From Phoronis australis (lineage: Eukaryota; Animalia; Phoronida), in the NCBI GenBank assembly GCA_002633005.1, contig NMRA01000041.1, positions 687,294-751,293 of the forward strand: 64,000 bases of DNA, written 5' to 3'. Under the pieces are notes generated by a model, which worked only from the letters and a program-made list of their open reading frames with translations, made no database searches and was not told the origin of the DNA. A program made the position numbers and the translations under genes. Below are positions 37,736 through 49,410 of the stretch, piece by piece (the first letter of the stretch is position 1; each line of letters starts with the position of its first letter).

Positions 37736-40700
37736 CTGTTTTTTGTGATACAAATAAACACGGCTAGAAGCAACACCGTTTGCGGTGCAGTCGTGGACGC
37801 ATTTCAACGGTCCGCGTTGCTCTTGTTACACTTTAAATTTTGTGATTCTGTTATTGAAAATGTGACATTTATCAAAGATGAAGCTGAACTATATATACAT
37901 GTATATGTGTCGTTTGCGACGTTTAAATTACGGTAAATAAATTAATGTAAAAAGACTTACTGGTTTGTTTAAAGCACTGTTGTTACAGCATCAATGCCTT
38001 TAATAGAACAGTCTTAGTTTACAGCTGATAGAAAACTACACGTCACAAGACGCTCCTCCGTAGAAATCAGCCCAGCTGGCACTACACAATAGAATATGAG
38101 GCGGGTGCCTATCGTGGAGTAATCATAATAGATACCACAGATGCACCTTGTTCAGTGTCCTTTGGTGCCGAATTACATGTATATAACGAAGCTACAGCAT
38201 GAAGACCCGCTTAACTCGGGGCTCTGGATTTGTATAAACTGATAAAAAATGATGTCTATCAGGGATGCTCCTGGCGACTGCATATTTGCCATTGTTGCAA
38301 AATAAAAAAATGTCGGTATATCTAGGTGAAGGACACCTCAAATCGGGAAAATGTCCCCCGTAACGCACAAAAATGGATCGGGGAGGTAGAAGTGTGGAAA
38401 TTTTATAGCCACGTATCAACACAACGACGTTGGTATATTATCAAATATCGTCGCGGACATCCCAAAAACTTGACCTGGCTGGATACGGATGAAGCTTCAA
38501 AAATTGGGACGGTCCCTGGGAACAGTTGTTAAGTATGCCACCGTCTGGGACAATGCCATGGTTAGACGAAGCGCAGCCAAGTGACGTCTACACCTTGTGC
38601 GATTTGGCTATTTTTAGCGTATCGTTAGTACGGGTTGTTCATTTTTGACGTCGACACCTTAAGGTTGCCCACTCGTGATAATCATGAAAAGAATCCTATC
38701 CTGACACCCTCACCGGTCGAGTTTGGGCAACTTCACCAACCTTGAAATCCGCCGCTAACTTCAAAGAAACTGTCCAGCTTCAGCTGATGTTATCGTTCTC
38801 TGGATATTAACTTGGGTACTCATGCGCGAAATTGCCTTTGTAAACACTGAGGTCGACAACGTTATTTTTTTAAATTTTCATATTGAAATTTTTTTAAATA
38901 GCATGTCTGAATAGTTCGGAAATGCACACGTGGTAAGGTTTTTCAATTTTGAAAATTTGACTAGAAATGTGACTTTTATTACCTGAGGTTTGAAAATGGT
39001 TCACAGTAGGTATTCTGCTTCATTAACTCTGCGCCGTGCAACCTAATGGGCCAATTATCAAGGGTCATAAACCATCAAGGAAAGCCAAGTGTCACCCTAC
39101 AATTTTGCATGAGCTTATAACGACAGACGGATACGGTCATATTTCTGCTGCCAACTCGTCGGATCGGCATTGAAACCTTTATGTGACCGAAAATTGTTGT
39201 GCCTATATGAGATGGCCGTGAAATTTGTGGCCACCAATGAGGCCAGTCCCCCGTGTCTCGACGCGCAATACCTCTTATTCGTCGGTCACTGCTATGTACC
39301 GTGTTTCGTGCTGAATCAGTATTTTTTGCTGAAACCTGCTACAATGCAAGGGTAAGCGTCAAATAAGTTTTGAGACTGAAGATGCCGGTTAGACAAAGAC
39401 AACTATTTGTCCATGAGAATCTTTCCATACTGTCGCAGCGGTTATTGCTGGCTGAAAGCCATCTCTGTACCCGAAATCCCAAAAAAGAATCGGGTAATGA
39501 AAGAGCAGGCACTGTGTTAAGTGGCTATGCGTATTCTCAAATTCGTACATTGTGTTGTTGGCTGCGAAATGAAATGTAGCGCGCAAAACCCATTATTGCG
39601 CCTCTGTGTGCATGTTTCTTTGAATGCCAAGGGAATTTTGTTATTTACATTGCGTTTCTCAGTTCTTGATGATTTTATCAGCTCAGGCGAAGCTCGGTCG
39701 GTGATATGACTAATGAACCTGGCGAATGACACCAACTTAAAAGGACAAGCGTTGAAGCGGCTTAATAAACACGAAACGTGTTCTGTCCAAGAAGCGAAAT
39801 TTTGATGTAAACCATTTGAAATGGTCACTAACTTATCGTTATTTATATCAAAAATGATTTCTTGATTGCAAAGAACTGCCGCTGCCTTATTTATTGACTC
39901 CATGGTCGACACATGAAATGACACGCCGTGACAAACCAACTTGTAGAGCCTACGTTCAACAATCTGTCAGATCTTCCCGTAGGCATGAATGTACCTCCAA
40001 TTTGATCAAATAACAATTAGAGACTAATTTAATTACGGTTAGTGGTCAAATTAATCGAACTTTGGTTTTGTGACGCCAGTGGGGGGTTTATCTAATACTA
40101 AGCACTGTTGGTTTGGAATTTAGCGAACTCGTCTGCTGTTACCGTTTCGGCATTAGCACTACTGCTGGTGCGATCTCTCGTGGTGTAGTCTGGGATTAAA
40201 GATGTAAACTGGCTACCGCGGTTAAAGCGTTGAGGGAGCACCGTGCTGAAAAGCTCCCCGATTAGAGTATTGAAAGTGACGGTATGGGAAAGGCATCGAT
40301 ATGACAACAAATGTTGCACTGAATGTATAGTCAACAGTTAAAACATTGCATCGCTGCCAGTCAACCCAGTGTTCCTATTATCTGAAGTTTCTTTAAGTCT
40401 CTGAGGACCATCGAACACTTGGAGCATTAAAAGAAGCTATAGAAACTATAGAAATGGCCGGTTATTCGGAAACTCGACTGGCTCAAACGGAAATTACCCG
40501 TCTTTAATTCTGAAACTCGTAAGAAAGAACCTTGAGGCCAGGCATTCATGTGAGAACAAAGTGGTATTCTTGAAATTCTTTACTGTAAGGATAAGTTTGT
40601 TTTTAAGAAGTTGGCAAGAAGATTGTGACATTTTCAAGGCAAAAAGTTGTAAGTACGATTTTATTATTTATCGCAATCTCCGTTCAAGTAAAAATAATAA

Positions 40701-41466
40701 TTATAATATTCACGTTATAAACGAAAGTGGTCTAATTTAATTGCACCCTTTTTGGCCTAATGGTAAAGAACTTGCTTTCATAATATGCAACCCATCATTT
40801 GAAACTTCATCAATCTGTAAATCAAATTTCAAATAATGTCCATTGTAGGTCTCGAAAAGTTGCTTACATCAATATTTTGAATACTTATATTTTAGATGCA
40901 TGCAAACCAATCCAAAATATTAGATACTGAGTTTTCAATTTATCATGTGCTTATTATCTTGTAAAAGTAAAATGCAAAATTCCGTGAAACGTATAATACG
41001 AAAATGTTGGCGTGCGTGCATTAAGCAAAACAATATTTTAGTTGACATGAATTGAAAAACATTGCTCGTATGTTGCCTAACCAATACCATATATGCGCGC
41101 CTAAGTTTAGGTCCATGCGCATGTATGTTTATGCGCTTTTATTGAATCTAGATGCTTGTGCCTAATATTGCCGGTGAAACTTGAGCAAAATCAAGGAGCA
41201 AGTAAAATGGGGAATATTTAATTCATCTTAACCACGGCACAGTTTCGAACATACTAATCAGGTGCAATTATAGGGGCTTTTAATAGCGTGGTTATACATG
41301 GTGTATTTTACTGAGCATGCTCCCGTCTGTTGAGAAAAAAATAACATTAAGTCATGAATTTGTAAAGGTAGGATTAATCTTTCCTATGATTTCACGCAGC
41401 AACTTCGGCGGGGTTGAGTTCGTAGACGCAAGAGTTCTAGCCTGTAAACTAGTGTGATCAAGTGCT

Positions 41467-42100
41467 TAGCTTGCGTGCTGGCTCGCTGGTTCCCTGCGTA
41501 CCGCTAGGTGGTCAGCAGCCAGCACGCAGGTATCACTTACTTTTCCTCGCGAATTTTTTTACACCGGCGTTTCTAATTGGCTAGTCGAATTCTCAACAGG
41601 TAGCACTTTACGCAAACAAACTGGCATGCCTGATGGACTGAAGTGTAAATGTGGTCTGTTGTACAGACAAATCGGTGCTTAAAATTTATGTTCAGGAAAT
41701 GTGAATCCTAGAAATTGTGGTTGCGCCTTTTCGGAGTGCATCTTTCTACTGTCGATGACTTTTCTTTACGATACTGTCCTGAATTCATACAGTATGAATA
41801 ACACACCGATTAAATCGGCCAGATGTGTGTTTTGTGCTTCAAGCACGCGGCTCAAAACATCACTGCAGAAATAAAATAGTTGCTGCGACGCCACTTGCAT
41901 GACAAAAAAAAGGCTAAAAATCGTTCACAGTCCATTTTTTCACGGTGTTGTAAAGCTAACCAATGACTGCTGAGGTTACAACAACCAATGCTAAAGCGCG
42001 CGTGCCACTGCGTGATAGCTGTGTGTTGGCTAGGCACGTAGGGAACCAGCGAGGCGTGCTGGCTACCGACCACCTAACGGCACGCAGGGAACCAGCGAAG
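41467..42100. mobile_element. MITE-like inverted repeat upstream of the GPCR
   Basis: TCGCTGGTTCCCTGCGTACCGCTAGGTGGTCAGCAGCCAGCACGC is inverted as GCGTGCTGGCTACCGACCACCTAACGGCACGCAGGGAACCAGCGA. Confidence 0.65.
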
Positions 42101-42484
42101 TGATGCATGACGCAGATTCGCGAAGACTTGCGTGATCTCATGTGTTTTAGCGATTGTACTGCGTCAGCGGAACGGGCACCAGAATACATGATGAGTCGTC
42201 TGCCAAAGAATGTCCTAAAAGCTGTGGAAACTTGAGAATAATATTCCCGCCGTACACACTATCATTATTATCAGTTCTTCGTCTTTATTCGTGTACCACA
42301 AGAAATTCTTAACTTTCACTTAGAAGAAATTTTGTGACAAATTAGTTTTACAATTAGAACTAGAAACTGATTTGGTCCCCTGATTAAACAAGGATGGCAT
42401 CTTAGTGACATTAATGTATTAATTTGGGCAAAGTGTGTATTTCTGTATAATTTACAAGTGTTGGTTTTCTTCTCCTCAGGTAAA

Positions 42485-43627
42485 ATGAACGACACAGGTC
42501 TCATTCACGGGTGTCTAGACAACCAGACTTCCGGTCAACGAGAACCCCTGTCAGTGATTATCGTAGAATCCTTTGTGCTGGTATTGTTTATTAGCCTGGG
42601 TGTTACGGGCAACCTGCTTATAATGGCTGCCGTGTTCAAAGATTCAACTCTACGTAAACAGATCGGTAACGTGTTCATTCTAAATTTGGCCATTGCAGAC
42701 CTACTTGTGACGTCTGTACTTTTTCCTATCACTCTCGCCAATGTCATCGCGGAGGGAAATGTTCTGCGGAATGAAGACTCGTTGTGTTCAATAATGGGCT
42801 TTCTCATCCTTTTCTGCAGTGGTCTGTCTATCTATGGTTTGATAACCATAGCTTTCAATCGCTATATCTCAATATGCCACAATACCAAATACGATGATAT
42901 TTTCACCAAGATCAACACTTCTGTCATGGTGGTTGTCTTTTGGATTCTGAGCGCCGTCTGTTCAATGACTCCTCTGTTTGGCTTCGGCCATTATGTGTAC
43001 ATAGAAGCAGAGAAGGTGTGTTCATTTGGAAGACTTGATTACCAACATACAATGTACTTAATCTTAATAGGCATTGTAATTCCGATGATTGTCATATTTG
43101 TTCTGTATGGCAAGATATTTCTTCACATTCGGTCCGTCTCCAAAATACTGCACTCTCACGGACTCGTATCCACCAAGAATGATAAGAAACAGAAGGCCAC
43201 TATGACGTTGTTCATTGTGTTTCTCTTCTTCGTTATCTTCTGGGTTCCTTTCGGATTGGTTACGATAATTGACCCGCGTGACAAGTGGTCTCCGTATTTG
43301 CATCGATACTCAGCTTGGCTCGCCATGAGTAATTCGTGTGTTAACAGTTTCATATACGGATTGCGTAGTAAACAATTCCGCATTGCTTACAAGCATGTGC
43401 TGTTTCACTGGAAGACAAACACCGTAGTTCCATTCACTGAGACCAGACGACAGGTGTCTGGCGCACAAGCGATATATCACGTGACGTTCGCCACTGAGAC
43501 CACAGTTGGAAGTAGTCGGAGCCTCGAAAGATGCACTTCATCGCAAGAGCGAATGACTCTAAGCCCTTTCAAGAGAACGCAACTGACTTCACCAAAAACT
43601 CACGATCCAGACACTCCGAAAATCTAA
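42485..43627 (+). CDS. class A (rhodopsin-like) GPCR, melatonin-receptor-like orphan, 380 aa
   Basis: Single coding exon preceded by a splice acceptor (TTCTCCTCAG, 42479). Seven hydrophobic segments with GN (TM1), NLAIADL (TM2), AFNRY (TM3), W (TM4), FWVP (TM6), NSCVNSFIYG (TM7). N-terminal sequons NDT and NQT. Confidence 0.93.
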   Translation: MNDTGLIHGCLDNQTSGQREPLSVIIVESFVLVLFISLGVTGNLLIMAAVFKDSTLRKQIGNVFILNLAIADLLVTSVLFPITLANVIAEGNVLRNEDSLCSIMGFLILFCSGLSIYGLITIAFNRYISICHNTKYDDIFTKINTSVMVVVFWILSAVCSMTPLFGFGHYVYIEAEKVCSFGRLDYQHTMYLILIGIVIPMIVIFVLYGKIFLHIRSVSKILHSHGLVSTKNDKKQKATMTLFIVFLFFVIFWVPFGLVTIIDPRDKWSPYLHRYSAWLAMSNSCVNSFIYGLRSKQFRIAYKHVLFHWKTNTVVPFTETRRQVSGAQAIYHVTFATETTVGSSRSLERCTSSQERMTLSPFKRTQLTSPKTHDPDTPKI

Positions 43628-44612
43628 TCGGCCTTTCATGAAGTCAAAAACGCACTCTTCGCGTAATGAGAACGGCAGTTGAAAGTTTCAGTTGACTGCT
43701 CATCACATAGAAGAATGGCTGTTGCGTTCGCGTCCATGAAACAGTCAGTTGGACCATGGCTGGACTCCATTTAGTGTGCCAGTGTATTCTAAACGCTTTC
43801 GACACCAGACAAATGCTTTCTTGCTCTTTCTGGGCTTAACTCTATTTGTTGTACATTATATTTATCGTAACCAGCATTTAAAAAATCCTAAAAATTACAC
43901 TGGGTTTTGTGAAACGCTAACATAATTCGAGATGAGTTATTGAATGTGAACCGTCGTCTTTCAAACAGCATTTCTGTCATTGACGCAGACAGGAAACAAG
44001 CTAAGATAATACAAGTACCGGAAATAACGATTGTTGCACCTTGGAGTTGCCAACGGCAAAGTTGTTATCAAAACTACACAATCGGGCTGAGGGCAAAAAA
44101 TCTTATTTTTCGGCATTGTTGCTGGGTAGGATAGACTTCTTGAAGTATCAAGTTAGGATTGACCAGAGTTGTAAAACAGCTAACTTCATTTTGTCATGAT
44201 TTTTGTTAGAAATCGTTGATTACTGACGTTGGCTTCTAGTCATTTATATTGCAAAAATGACCTCGATTTCAAATCACCGAGTCACTTACTAGAAAAACCT
44301 CAGCGTTTGCCCACAAAAGCTTCACTTCCGTCAGGCACTTTTTAGCTTTATCGTTGTTGTTACTGCTCTTGTGGCGGGTTCATTAAATATCACACAGTTC
44401 GTCATTTCAAACCCGGCTAATGTTTGCTGTCGCTTCCTTGCAATGTGGGAACAACGATAATTTACTGTAAGCCTAACCTGCCGGGTTAACGCACAGGGCG
44501 TTTGAATTGAAAATAACTCAAGCATCGGCTGGGCATTAATCGAACATGGTCTTGTTATAAGAAGTTAACTGGTGGTGGGCGCTTACCCGGACGAGAACGG
44601 ATTTGTACACTG

Positions 44613-44871
44613 CATGCGCGTATCCAGCCTTTAATATGAGAGGGGGGGGGGCTCCGGAATCTCTGACAAAGTGGACCTTTTGCTAACAAAAAAGCGGGAG
44701 GACTAAACAAACGGTACCACTTTCTGGTCTGTGAACTGAGTGTGCGTCTGCGCCTTTTTAGTGGACTTTTGTCTCGTTTTCTCGGACTTTGTTTCTCTGA
44801 GGCGGACCTTTTTACCCACTTAGCCAAATGGGTGGCTCGTTCGAGCCCCCCCACCCCTGGGTGTGGGCATG
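44613..44871. mobile_element. ~260-bp MITE, copy 1
   Basis: CATGCGCGTATCC...GGGTGTGGGCATG; homologous to 49160-49410. Confidence 0.7.
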
Positions 44872-45249
44872 ACAATAATAAAAATGTCCTTATAAATAAA
44901 TTTCGGGCCACTAGACTAATGCTGGGATCCAGCAGGTGCCGACACAAAGGCGCCCCCGGAGTCAAAATCAGATAGGCCTACAATATAGCCACCAAACTGA
45001 AAAGTACGTATCTTGGAACAAATGAATTTGTGTTTAACCTTCAAGTATTCCTGCAACATTGCCAAGTTTAGCTGCTCGTGTGGCCGTCCACACAGTTTGA
45101 TCCATCGTTTACACAGTCGATAACACTACTTGGTTTAGGGAATCCCCCAAAATGACGGGATATTCTTCTCGAGCTGTATAACGGCTGTCAGAACTACACA
45201 CGCCATATTAACACCTTTCACCATTTTTATCGCACAACTTGAGCTATAG

Positions 45250-45404
45250 CATGGGCGGCGCAGCACTGAAAAGGTGGGTGGTTATAGCCCCCCCCCCCAG
45301 CCCACCTGTGGTGCACCGCCTATAGATCATGGGCGCCGAAGCACTGAAAAAAGTTGGGGGGGGGGGGCTATAGCCACCCAGCCCTCTATGGTGCGCAGCT
45401 CATG
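45250..45404. mobile_element. two adjacent short CATGGGCG-type MITE copies
   Basis: CATGGGCG(G/C)CG(C/A)AGCACTGAAAA...TATAGCC...GGTGC occurs twice. Confidence 0.6.
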
Positions 45405-46084
45405 TATAGACTAAAATAAGCTTTACCGACAAGAATGCTATATTCTGATTGGTCAGTTAAGCCGTCAGTCATAATCCTGGCGATCAATTGACCCCATATT
45501 GGAACCTGTTTCTAGTCACGCGACACGGTTACTCGCCATGTAAACAAACGGGGCAAATTGCCCTTTTCAAAGTGCGATATCTAACATACAAAACACTTAA
45601 GAGTTTGAGTTTGTTTAGAAACATAAAAGCATGTGATGTAGCACGGACATGTGTTTTTAAGAGTTAATCAGACAAAGATCGCAACCAGTGGCAAATTCCT
45701 GAGTGGCCTGTGCGGCTGCACTCTTGTCAATCCATAGCGAGCGATCTATTTTAATCATTTTCAAGAGAAACCAGTAAGATCGCGCACGCTTAAATCCGGC
45801 ATTTAATTCGTGTCACTCAAGCAAATAGAGTACATCTACACAGATACACAGAGACGTGCTGCTCACTAGGGTGGTACGTACACTGTACTTTCGCCCAGGT
45901 ATACGCCGGTGTAGCATTAAAGAAGAATGCCACCCTATTTAATTAGTCTTTTTTACCGTATTAATCAGTCTATATCCACGTCGCCTCATATACGGTCGAC
46001 CTCATCTTGCCGAGAGGTGTCGCGTTAACCTGTGAGGAAGGTGAGAAGCGACGCAGCGACGTCAGTGGTTCGTCTGTAGATTAA

Positions 46085-46300
46085 ATGCCGCTATATTGCA
46101 GTGCATCGGTTCCCGCTTTTCCGAACTATAAAACTGTGAAGAAAGCGGGTATATCGTTTTTTCGACTTCCTCGAGAGCCCGAAATGTTTAGGAAGTGGCT
46201 CGCGGTAGTGAATGAAATGTATGCTGCTAATAGCAAGATTGAGGCCGTGAAACATCTCGATCCGTGTCTGTGGCCGGTATTTCGTCGACAGTGATTTCTC
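46085..46300 (+). pseudogene. degenerate THAP zinc-finger domain (transposon-derived)
   Basis: MPLYCS...GISFFRLPREPEMFRKWLAVV, then after a frameshift IRVCGRYFVDSDF. Fits the THAP pattern but the second Cys and the His are lost. Confidence 0.75.
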
Positions 46301-46422
46301 TGACGAATTCCGACTTACCAAAGAAACTACCCATACGTTCCGTTGCCTAGCGGCATGTTCACGGCGCCTCTCTAGTATTCCTTGATCAGTGTATTCCGGT
46401 TCGAACTGATAGCCTGTGAAAC

Positions 46423-46491
46423 CTAACGATCCGACCCGTGAAGTCTACGTTGGATTCAATCCAACGTAGACTTCACGGGTCGGATCGTTAG
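46423..46491. repeat. perfect 69-bp palindrome
   Basis: 34-bp arm CTAACGATCCGACCCGTGAAGTCTACGTTGGATT, a 1-nt spacer, then the exact reverse complement. Confidence 0.97.
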
Positions 46492-49159
46492 CTCTTGACT
46501 AACTGGCGGGATTGGGGCCGGGCGAGTTCTGTTCCAAAATGAATTATTCTCATCCTAAAATGATTCTAACCAATGCTTGTATGAAACTGAAACAAAGTCT
46601 GTCTCATTAGATACCATTTGTATTGCCTTGGTGTGCTCGTGAGTGGAAATTGAGAAGCCTGCAATGAATAAACCACTGCGTTACCGGCTTTTGATGCCGG
46701 CAACAACGGTAATTGACCGGGCACCGAGGCCGTGTGAGCGCATGTTAATTCAGTGTTTACTGACAGAAAGCTGTTGTGAAACAATTACTCGATTTTATAT
46801 GCTATTGTCACATGTTAGGGGAATCTTTATTTAGAAATACAATGCATTATTCAAACCATTGTTACTGTACAACCTTTGCCATGGTCTGTGGAAGCCGGGG
46901 GAACCCGACTTCGCAGCCTCCGGCAAGAGATTTTTTGTTTCGTGGCTAATTCACATACGTGAACATTATTTCTTTGGCTCACTATTATAGTCCTTTCGTG
47001 ACTGGAGGTTTAGTTTTTAACTCAAACTGGTTTATGTTCGTGCCAGTCCCGGCGGCCGCGACGGGCCTGATCGAGTTCCGAGCCACTGGCCGGGATAACG
47101 AGTCAATCCAGCCGCGACAGGCCTGATCGGGTTCTGAGCCACTGGCCGGAATAACAAGCGTTTTGTTTGTTTAGAGCTCAAAAAACCACAAGTATAAACA
47201 ACACGGATCTAGGTTCTCTTGTCTGTATTTCAAGGAAAAATACTTCGAATTTATCTGCAAACAGTCCCCAAACTCCTGCTACAGACCTTGGTAAATTGGC
47301 CTCAGTGCCGAACTTTGAAGGCTACGGTGTGTCCAAATACCAGTAAATCCGTAACAGCGAAAAAAACAACAATAAGAACTCGGTGTATTTTTAAGGGTTT
47401 AAAATCGAAGTTTGGTGATTTATTGGTGTTAAACGATGAATTCAAGCGATAAGCTGACACCCCGTGTTGTGAACTGCTGAACAGACTGAGTGAAACCAAT
47501 TACGCCAAATTGGATAATTTCAACACCTCCGTCTGCCATCAGGTGTTAGGTAACGCAACCGAACCTGCCGTTATCGAGTAGAACTACTCGATCTAAATTG
47601 ATACAAAATAGGTTGTTTTTTGGGTGGCATTCTCCTTTAATTAATGATGTCGGGAAAAATTATCTATGGGAACTTCTCACACAATTGAAAAATGTCCCCG
47701 GGTAACTTTTTGATGTTAAAATATGGCCCGGGTCACCTTTTAATGGGGTCTAGATTTAATGTGAACTACTGTGAAAAAATGATCCCATGGGGTCATATAA
47801 ATAAATAACAGGTTTTTAACGTTAAAAAGCAAAAAACACAGACTTCATTTCCTTTGCATTGTTCGGGAATGTCAACGTGCAAATATTCTTCTCCCACGCA
47901 CCCTAATCCTCTCTCACGGATGTGACGTCCCCCCGATCAAGCACCAGGCACATTTGGCGTGTGTAATATCCCCACACCGTGTAATTATTTGGTCGCACAA
48001 AGATCAGCCCCGCTCCCGCATATCATTTCTAACCGCTCCTTTCCCTCCCCGGCCTTAATCTGATATACATACTGTGCGTCGCTCAGGTGAGAAATTTTGA
48101 ATTCTTCTCTCACGTGCGCTTGACCCTCTCATGGATTCAAATTTGTCTTTGATAGTAAGAAAACTTGGCTGCGATCTTAAGATTCTTAACATGTGCCAAG
48201 TATTTTGGGATTAATCGTCATGTACCTAGTCATATATTATATCCTGAAACGAGCAGGGTAAAAATGGCCAGTTACGAAGGACTGTTCGAAAAAAAAATAA
48301 TCGTTTTAGCACGTGAACAGACCAACCCAACCCCCAAACACCATATTCCTGGCCTGCACTGCCTAATATGCGGCATATCCTGAAAAAGCAAGGCCTGTAG
48401 ATTTCCTTTGCCGCCCCTCACAGAGGTCGCCCCCAGACATAAACATCCGCATATCGAACTTGTTGAAAGATCCTCTATCGTGGGTACCATGCCTGATTAT
48501 CCCAACCCCCTGTTGCGGGAAACCGTTGAATAATGACGGGATAATTTTTCACGACTTGAGGTCATTTTTTCATGGGTTGAAAACTCTTCACATTAAATTT
48601 AGACCCCGTGAAAAAACTACTCGGAGTCATTTTTCACGGGTCATTACTTAATGCTATACCGGGTGGGTTTGGTCAATTTCCACTCGGTTTCGAGTGGGAG
48701 ATTTTGTATTTTGGGTATAGAACTGGTGGGCAATTCAGTCGTACAGGTTTGATGTTTTGGTTACCATGCACGTTTTGCGCAGTTTATAAGACACAAAACA
48801 AAGAGCTCGTAAGCAATCAGTACTAATCTACAAACTTTCCAATGTCGTCTTCGACATATGTACAGGTTGTGGATTCGTTTGTCTTAGTACATCGGGAAAA
48901 TATCTGATTTTGGAATAAATATTAAGAAATGAGTTTTAAAGCAGTATGTGTTTCAATAAAGAAAATATTACTCACATAGACGTATTGATTTGGATGACTC
49001 GATGTAAGTTCAACCATGCACATGTTTTTCAATACAAGTCAAAACATTTTATGATTGTCATTAATACAACATATTTTCTCATGTACAATTAACAAACATC
49101 ATCATCATTGGATAACAGCATGTGCCGGTCAATATGTTTCAATTGATCTTATATGGGAA

Positions 49160-49410
49160 ATGCGCGCACCCAGCCTTTAATATGGGGGCTCGAGTCTCTG
49201 ACAACTAAGTGGACCTTTTGCTCACAAAAAAGCGGGAGGACTAAAAAAAACGGGGTACCACCTTCAGGTCTGTGAACTGTGCGTCTGCGCTTTTTTAATG
49301 GACTGTCGCCTCGTTTTCTCGGATTTCTCTGAGGTGGACCTTTTACCTACTTCGCCAAATGAGGGGGGGGGTTTGTTCGACCCCCCGACCCCCTCTTGGG
49401 TGCGCGCATG
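49160..49410. mobile_element. ~250-bp MITE, copy 2
   Basis: ATGCGCGCACCC...GGGTGCGCGCAT terminal inverted repeat; homologous to 44613-44871. Confidence 0.75.

Larger units (their letters stand above)
45921..47636 (+). mobile_element. non-autonomous Kolobok-like DNA transposon carrying a THAP remnant
   Basis: TTAA on both sides; TIRs AGAAGAATGCCACCC / GGGTGGCATTCTCCT (14/15). A solo right end of the same family is at ~27110-27166 (duplicate ~29221-29279). Confidence 0.75.
45906..48662. mobile_element. CCGG-terminated MITE interrupted by a Kolobok-like insertion
   Basis: Left CCGGTGTAGCATTAA and right TTAATGCTATACCGG (14/15 inverted match). The inverted similarity resumes after 47640. Confidence 0.7.

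Noticed and set aside
40752-40805. tRNA-like start TGGCCTAATGGTAAAG
   Set aside because: An A-box-like motif only; no cloverleaf or convincing B-box. At most a decayed SINE head.
42535-43383. Minus-strand ORFs overlapping the GPCR
   Set aside because: Antisense shadows of the real coding sequence.
46085-46294. Functional host THAP-domain gene
   Set aside because: Frameshifted, missing zinc ligands, and located inside a TIR/TTAA-bounded transposon.
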